The translations under genes were made by a program, and so were the position numbers. Below, piece after piece: positions 50,959 through 64,000 of a stretch of 64,000 nucleotides of DNA. A model generated the notes under the pieces. That model made no database searches. It was not told the DNA's origin and saw only the letters and a list, made by a program, of their open reading frames with translations. Source of the DNA: Eledone cirrhosa (Eukaryota). Location: the NCBI GenBank assembly GCA_964016885.1, contig OZ024742.1, positions 62,744,001-62,808,000 on the forward strand, written 5' to 3'. Within the stretch, counting starts at the first letter, position 1, and each line of letters starts with the position of its first letter.

Positions 50959-53134
50959 AAATAATAATAAATATATATATATATATATAAATCTCTAGCA
51001 GTGATGTGCTCGTAAAAGACTATGGTTGCGTGATCCTTTCACCCGCGGAATTGGAAAGAGCTCGTGTGGTGGTGTAGCATAGAAATTAATGATGTACAAC
51101 AGCCGAAATCAACATTTAAATAATAGAATTTAAAACAAATCTATGGCAATGAGCTGTAATCGTAAACACATGGGTGTGTGTGTATGTGTGTATGCAAAGC
51201 TATTTACGGTTAGATACATAAATATTATATTGACATAAATATTAAGATATGCGAACACAGGTACGAATTAACAAAGACATCCGCAAGTTGCATACAATCA
51301 CACCAGATACAAAGAAAGCTAGACACACACACAGATTAGAACTAAACTATCTTGTTGTCTATGTGTAACTTGACACAAATCATTCTAGCACAAATCTTAT
51401 CGACTTTTAAAAATCCCAAACGTAAATTGCAACTCTAATTTAGCGGATGGCTCCGGATTTGAACTAGTGTCTGCATATATACGGCCGAGAGTATTCTAGC
51501 TGAAAGGAGACCTTAAATTAATCAGCGAAAATAATATTCATTTAATGATCCGTCAAAAATGTTTCACTGATGAGTCCAGAATAAGCCTAATACATGCTCG
51601 GGAGGGTCCTTCTCCCGCCTCCAACCTCCTTTTTGTTCCACATATTGATTAAATTATTTACATTAAATAATTTGAACACTGGGTTGAGTTTGATAACTGA
51701 ATACGCGTGAGTCGCATTTTTAAGGAATATGTTGAAAAATGTGAATAATGAATAATAAAAGGGTAAACTGTTGTTATTTACTTTGTCGTGTTGTATATAG
51801 CACAGTATGTAGTTTTAAATGTGTATTTACAGTAATGTAAGGTGTAACAATTTCTTTATACAAAACTTTTAAATGTTTACATTCTTTTAAAAGCAATAAA
51901 ATTTCTTTTCTCCACCCTAACGACCAACTTGAAATTGACGATGGCAAAATTGAGACTAATGACGAAACTTTATATTACATGCGATATGACTTACATCACA
52001 TTACACGTTCTTCCTCCAATTAAAAGATAAAAAAAATCATCGAGCCAAACTACTTCCATATCACACCCTACTGTTTTAAAAACATTGGACAATATGGGTC
52101 CTAAAAAGAAAGAATAATCACGTCTGGAATGTCTATAATTATAGGCCTGTTTGACCGCGAAGGGGATAGCACGATCGCAAAATTATAAATGAGTGATACA
52201 TTTGTTCTTGTGTGTTTTCATACCAATGCCTGAACACATTGCAAGGACTGGAACCATATTCGTCGCTGAAAACAATACATATACTAAAACTGGACGGCCT
52301 TGCAGAATGCTAAGTCACACCCTCTATCAAAAAAAATTGACATCGCTTTTACTTGTTTTTCTATGCTAGCATGGGTTGGACGGGTACCCTTCCTGGCGGC
52401 AACCCTTTTAGTTATTTCTTTGACACATGTTGAACGACAATCCTTTTGGTCGCCTCATACGACACACAAGGATACGGTGTATCTTTTCTAAACTACGACA
52501 CTGCAAAAATCTAGTGTTCAATGAAACATGCCAATACCCTAACACTAAATGGCAGGAATCTTTACATGAAATTAACATGTTTAAGCACAGACATTATACT
52601 GTTACATGAAGTTCAATGAAGCAAAACCATCCATTTTAAAGGGTTCCTATTTAAGTTAATATCTTCCAACATAATTTTACAAGGACTATATTAAATATGA
52701 CCCCGTTAAAGTTAAACTACAAGGGATACATACATGAAGGAAACGGCATCAACTCCGAATGTGGTCGTTATATACAGCATGTCTTGAGCATCAAACGGAG
52801 CCCTTCAACTCCTGAAAGCCATAACATACAGAGGGCTTTAAGCATCTTAAACTTAACGGAGACCACCTCACCCGTAAGAAGTGTCAGAAGAATCGATCGG
52901 TATTGGATTGATACTTTATCGATTCCGAAGAAATGAAAAGACAAAGATGTATTTGGCAGGATTTAAACTTAGTAGAGAACCGAGATGAATACCGGATTTG
53001 ATGGCATATGAGACCGCTCATATATAAACACACACACTAAACAAAAAAAAACTACCGCCCGGATCTTATATGGGAAGCTGGCGTTAACTGGTAGGCTTAA
53101 TGTGTTTTGTTTTGTTTTTTCTTATAATTATTTG

Positions 53135-53285
53135 GTGGATTGGCAGTATCAGCAGAGCGTCAGACATGCTTTGTGACAAAGTCTCTTTATGTTCTGAGTT
53201 CAAATCGCGCCAGGGTTAATTTTGCATCAGGGTCTATAATGTACCAATAACGCACTAGGCTCAATGTAATCGACTTACCCCTCCC
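53135..53285 (+). mobile_element. Meta-type SINE, degenerate, running into the satellite
   Basis: GGTGGATTGGCAGTATC..GAGTTCAAATC. Confidence 0.7.
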
Positions 53286-54612
53286 TACATATACACACAC
53301 ATATATACATACACATATATATACATATATATATACATACATATATATATACATATATATATACATACACATATATATACATACACATATATATACATAC
53401 ATATATATATATACATATATATATACATATATATATACATATACATATACATATATACATATACACATATATATATACACATATATATACATATATATAT
53501 ACATATATATATACATATATATATACATATATATATATACATATATATATATACATATACATATATATATACATATACATATACATATACATATATATAT
53601 ACATATACATATATATATACATATACATATATATATACATATACATATACATATATATATATACATATACATATACATATATATATACATATACATATAT
53701 ATATACATATATATATATATACATACACATATACATATATATATACATATATATATATATATACATACACATATATATATACATACACACATATATATAC
53801 ATATATATATACATATATACATACATATATACATACACATATATATATACATATATATATATACATACACATATATATATATACATACACATATATATAC
53901 ATACACATATATATACATATATATACATATATATATACATACATATATATACATATATATATACATATATATATATATACATATATATATACATACATAT
54001 ATATATACATACATATATATATACATATATATATATATACATATATATATACATATATACATATATATATACATATATACATATATATATACATATATAC
54101 ATATATATATATATATACATATATATATACATATATATATACATATATATATATATACATATATATACATACATATATATATACATATATATATATACAT
54201 ATATATATACATATATATATATACATATATATATACATATATATATATACATATATATATACACATATATATATACACATATATATATACACATATATAT
54301 ATATACATATATATATAGACATATATATATACATATAGACATATATATATAGATATATATATATATACATATATATATAGACATATATATATAGACATAT
54401 ATATATACATATATATATATATACATATATATATATACATATATATATACATATATATAGACATATATATATATACATATATATAGACATATATATATAT
54501 ACATATATATATATATACATATATATAGACATATATATATACATATATATAGACATATATATATATACATATATATAGACATATATATATATACATATAT
54601 ATATATATACAT
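53286..54612. repeat. (TA)n/CA compound satellite block 1
   Basis: CA(TA)k units, with TAGAC variants at ~54315-54580. Confidence 0.97.
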
Positions 54613-54614
54613 AG

Positions 54615-55820
54615 GTTGACAGGGTTGATCATAACATTCAACTGAGAAAGCTGTCCAATATTGGTGTCACTGGAAAGCTGCTGCAGTGGATCAAGAGCTT
54701 CCTGTCAAACAGAACCCAACATGTTGTAGTTGAGGGAGTCAAATCAAGCCCAGCCAAAGTCAGTAGTGGGGTCCCACAAGGCACTGTGTTGGGCCCACTT
54801 CTCTTCATCATCTATATTAATGACATCACTGACATCATCAAACACAGCAACAATAAAATTTTCGCTGATGATTCCAAGCTCCAAAAGGTCATCAATGGCG
54901 TGGATGACCGGATAAGCCTTCAGTCAGACCTACTGGCTGTTACCCAATGGGCAGAAAAGAACAACATGTTACTGAACGAAGACAAATTCGAACTGATCCA
55001 CTTTGGAAAAGAGGATGCTCTGAAACTCCTGTACTCCCTCCCCTCCGGGGAAACTCTCGTGGCATCTAACAACATCAGAGACTTGGGAGTAACCGTGGAC
55101 AGCAACATAAGCTGGACCACGCATATAAGCAGCAGAGTTGACATGGCCCGCAGAATGTGTTCCTGGATCCTCAGAACCTTCCAGTCGAGAGATTCCCGCA
55201 CCATTATCCTTCTCTTCTCTACTTTCGCCCGACCACACCTTGAATACTGTTGTCCACTGTGGTCTCCCCACACGAAACAAAGTATCATGAAACTTGAAGC
55301 TCCTCAAAGGGCAATCACGAAAAAGATAGATGGCATGTCAGACCTTGACTACTGGGGTCGATTAGAAAACCTGAAAATTTACTCACTCCAACGTCGCCGT
55401 GAGCGTTATATTATCTGCATGATGTGGAAAATGTTCCATCATCACTGCCCAAATGATGTTGGCATCGCCTTCAAGATACACCCAAGGCTTGGGCCCCGTG
55501 CTATCCGTCCCATTCAAAAATCTAAATCGCAACTCATAACAACAATACGGCACAATTATTTCACCTCAATCGGCCCTGCTCTCTTCAAGATCACACCAGG
55601 ACACGTCAAAACAGAAACTGACCACACAAAATTCAAGAAGTCTTTGGACAAATTCCTCCAAGTAATCCCGGACAAACCACCCACACCCGGATATGTCTCC
55701 GCAAACAGTAATTCTCTTCTCGAATGGGCCATGGTGCCCAAATCCTGAATTGAAAGACTTCGCCAGGTGGTGCTATTAAGTTAGACATGGCCTGGGCCAA
55801 TACTGGCCAAAACATTTCAA
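54615..55820 (+). mobile_element. 5'-truncated CR1-group LINE with an uninterrupted RT/C-terminal frame (54615-55748)
   Basis: DRVDH..SGVPQGTVLGPLLFIIYIND..FADDSK..RDLGV..RPHLEYCCPLWSP..SLQRRRERY. Short 3' UTR ending CAAAGTTATT CAAAGTTAAG. Confidence 0.92.
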
Positions 55821-60710
<4,890 letters not shown>

Positions 60711-60744
60711 GTTAGATGTAAGTGTATTCATGTATTAAAGTGCT

Positions 60745-60793
60745 TATATATATATATATATGTATATGTGTGTATATGTATGTGTATGTATAT

Positions 60794-60825
<32 letters not shown>

Positions 60826-61010
60826 GTATGTATATATGAGTATATGGATGTGTAAGTATGTGTATGTGTGTACACATGGACTAGAGTATGTATGTATATA
60901 TGTGTGTGTCTATACGTGTGTATATAAAGATAAGTTGAGTATGAAAACGTATACACATGAGCGCGTATGTATGTACATGAATACATGCATATGTATATAT
61001 ATGTAAGTAT
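60745..61010. repeat. Degenerate (TA)/(TG) repeat with polarity opposite to block 2
   Basis: TATG/TGTG units on the + strand. Confidence 0.85.
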
Positions 61011-61636
61011 GAATATGTGAATTGTGAGTATATGTATTTTGTAGAGGTGTGCAAATATATTTGTGTGTGAATGCGTGGGTGAAAGGATACGTACACTTGA
61101 AAGAAAAATTTAAGTCTGAATGTTAATTAAGTGCAAACACAAAACCAACCATGCATATCTTTACTATCTCTAATCCTTCTATAGATTTAGAAAAATAACC
61201 AATAATATATTCTATAAAAAATGTCAAAACAACAGATGGGAATCTAATTACTCACTGCCACCAAGAATTCTCACTGCTATCGAAAAACCACTCCTTCAAC
61301 TATTCTTCTAACAACTTCACCCCTCCCTCCTAATATTCTCTATAAAAACTAAACAGGTCCTCAGTAATATTATTCTGATGAAATGACAGTAAATAATAAC
61401 ATTGAAATATTGAATGTCTGCATAACTAAAAGTTTGTAGATAGCTGTTTTAGGTTATGTAACTGTTATGGAAACACGTGTCAATAAATTCCTTTCAACTA
61501 AACTGTATCCATTCAAATCTTTCTATTTTTCTCCGGATTTCTTTTGGAACTACAACTGGAACCGTCGAGCAAACTCTACGTGAGCTGATAATCTACTGTG
61601 TGTAATAGTTTATATTACAACACAACGGAAAATACT

Positions 61637-61666
61637 GTATATATATATATACATATATATATATAC

Positions 61667-61701
<35 letters not shown>

Positions 61702-61706
61702 CATAC

Positions 61707-61749
<43 letters not shown>

Positions 61750-61750
61750 C

Positions 61751-61805
<55 letters not shown>

Positions 61806-61880
61806 CATACATACATATATATACACATACATATATATATATATACATACATATATATATATACACATACATATATATAT

Positions 61881-61911
<31 letters not shown>

Positions 61912-62328
61912 TACATACATATATATATATACACATACATATATATATATACATATATACATATATATATATACATATATATATATACATATATATATAT
62001 ACATATACATACATATATATATATACATATATACATATATATATATACATATATACATATATATATATATACATATATACATATATATATATATATACAT
62101 ATATACATATATATATATACATATATATATATACATATATACATACATATATATACATATATACATATATATATATACATATATACATACATATATATAC
62201 ATATATACATATATATATATACATATATACATACATATATATACATATATACATACATATATATACATATATACATACATATATATACATATATATATAT
62301 ATATACATACATACATATATATATATAC

Positions 62329-62399
<71 letters not shown>

Positions 62400-62462
62400 C
62401 ATATATACATACATATATATACATATATATATATATATACATACATACATATATATATATAC

Positions 62463-62500
<38 letters not shown>

Positions 62501-62504
62501 ATAC

Positions 62505-62541
<37 letters not shown>

Positions 62542-62542
62542 C

Positions 62543-62607
<65 letters not shown>

Positions 62608-62898
62608 CATACATATATATATATATATATACATACATACATATATATATATATACATACATACATATATATATATATATACATACATACATATATATAT
62701 ATATATACATATATACATATATATATATATACATATATACATATATATATATATACATACATACATACATATATACACATATATACACATATATACATAT
62801 ATATATATATACATACATATATATACATATATATATACATATATACATACATATATATATATACATACATATATATATATACATACATATATATACGT

Positions 62899-62942
<44 letters not shown>

Positions 62943-62992
62943 ATATATATATACATACATATATATACATATATATATACATATATACATAC

Positions 62993-63023
<31 letters not shown>

Positions 63024-63040
63024 CATACATATATACATAC

Positions 63041-63071
<31 letters not shown>

Positions 63072-63133
63072 CATACATATATATATATACATACATATAT
63101 ATATATACATACATATATATATATACATACATA

Positions 63134-63174
<41 letters not shown>

Positions 63175-63211
63175 ACATACATATATATATACATATATAT
63201 ATATACATACA

Positions 63212-63252
<41 letters not shown>

Positions 63253-63277
63253 ACATACATATATATATATACATACA

Positions 63278-63318
<41 letters not shown>

Positions 63319-63353
63319 ACATACATATATATATATACATACATATATATACA

Positions 63354-63394
<41 letters not shown>

Positions 63395-63619
63395 ACATAC
63401 ATATATATATATACATACATATATATACATATATATATACATACATATATATATATATACATACATATATATATACATACATATATATATATACATACAT
63501 ATATACATACATATATATATATATACATACATATATATACATATATATATACATACATATATATACATATATATATACATACATATATATATATATACAT
63601 ACATATATATATATATACA

Positions 63620-63653
<34 letters not shown>

Positions 63654-63682
63654 TACACATACATACATACATACATACATAT

Positions 63683-63725
<43 letters not shown>

Positions 63726-63788
63726 CATACATATATACATACATATATATATATATACATACATATATACATACATACATATATATAT

Positions 63789-63821
<33 letters not shown>

Positions 63822-64000
63822 TATACATACATACATATATATATATGCATACATATATATACATACATACATATATATATATACATACATATATACATAT
63901 ATATATATATACATACATATATACATATATATATATATACATACATATATACATATATATATATATACATACATATATACATATATATATATATACATAC
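61637..64000. repeat. (TA)n/CA compound satellite block 3, runs off the window end
   Basis: Same composition as block 2. Confidence 0.98.

Noticed and set aside
51560-51600. CTGATGAGTCC resembling a hammerhead start
   Set aside because: The matching GGACGAAA half is absent.

Overview
AT-rich eukaryotic (animal) DNA, most likely octopus or another cephalopod, judged from the SINE types and the very long TA/CA microsatellites. The taxon is inferred, not proven. There is one convincing host gene: a divergent TGIF-type TALE homeobox gene on the minus strand, with its main coding exon at about 33341-34314. The rest is mobile or repetitive DNA: three Tx1/L1-type LINE copies, many Meta-type and CORE-type tRNA SINEs, a Dong/R4 fragment, RTE and CR1 remnants, a mariner with a nested Chapaev3-like transposon, a Penelope-like fragment carrying a minimal hammerhead ribozyme, and about 9 kb of (TA/CA)n satellite that generates all the long Y/I/M/C 'ORFs'. 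The most interesting observations are (1) an apparent Tx1 LINE / Meta-SINE partnership with a shared 3' tail and a shared (ATT)n target that is re-used repeatedly, (2) the hammerhead, and (3) the divergent TGIF paralog with an intronless homeobox, surrounded by clusters of TGIF/MEIS sites. All family assignments come from by-eye motif recognition; no searches were run.
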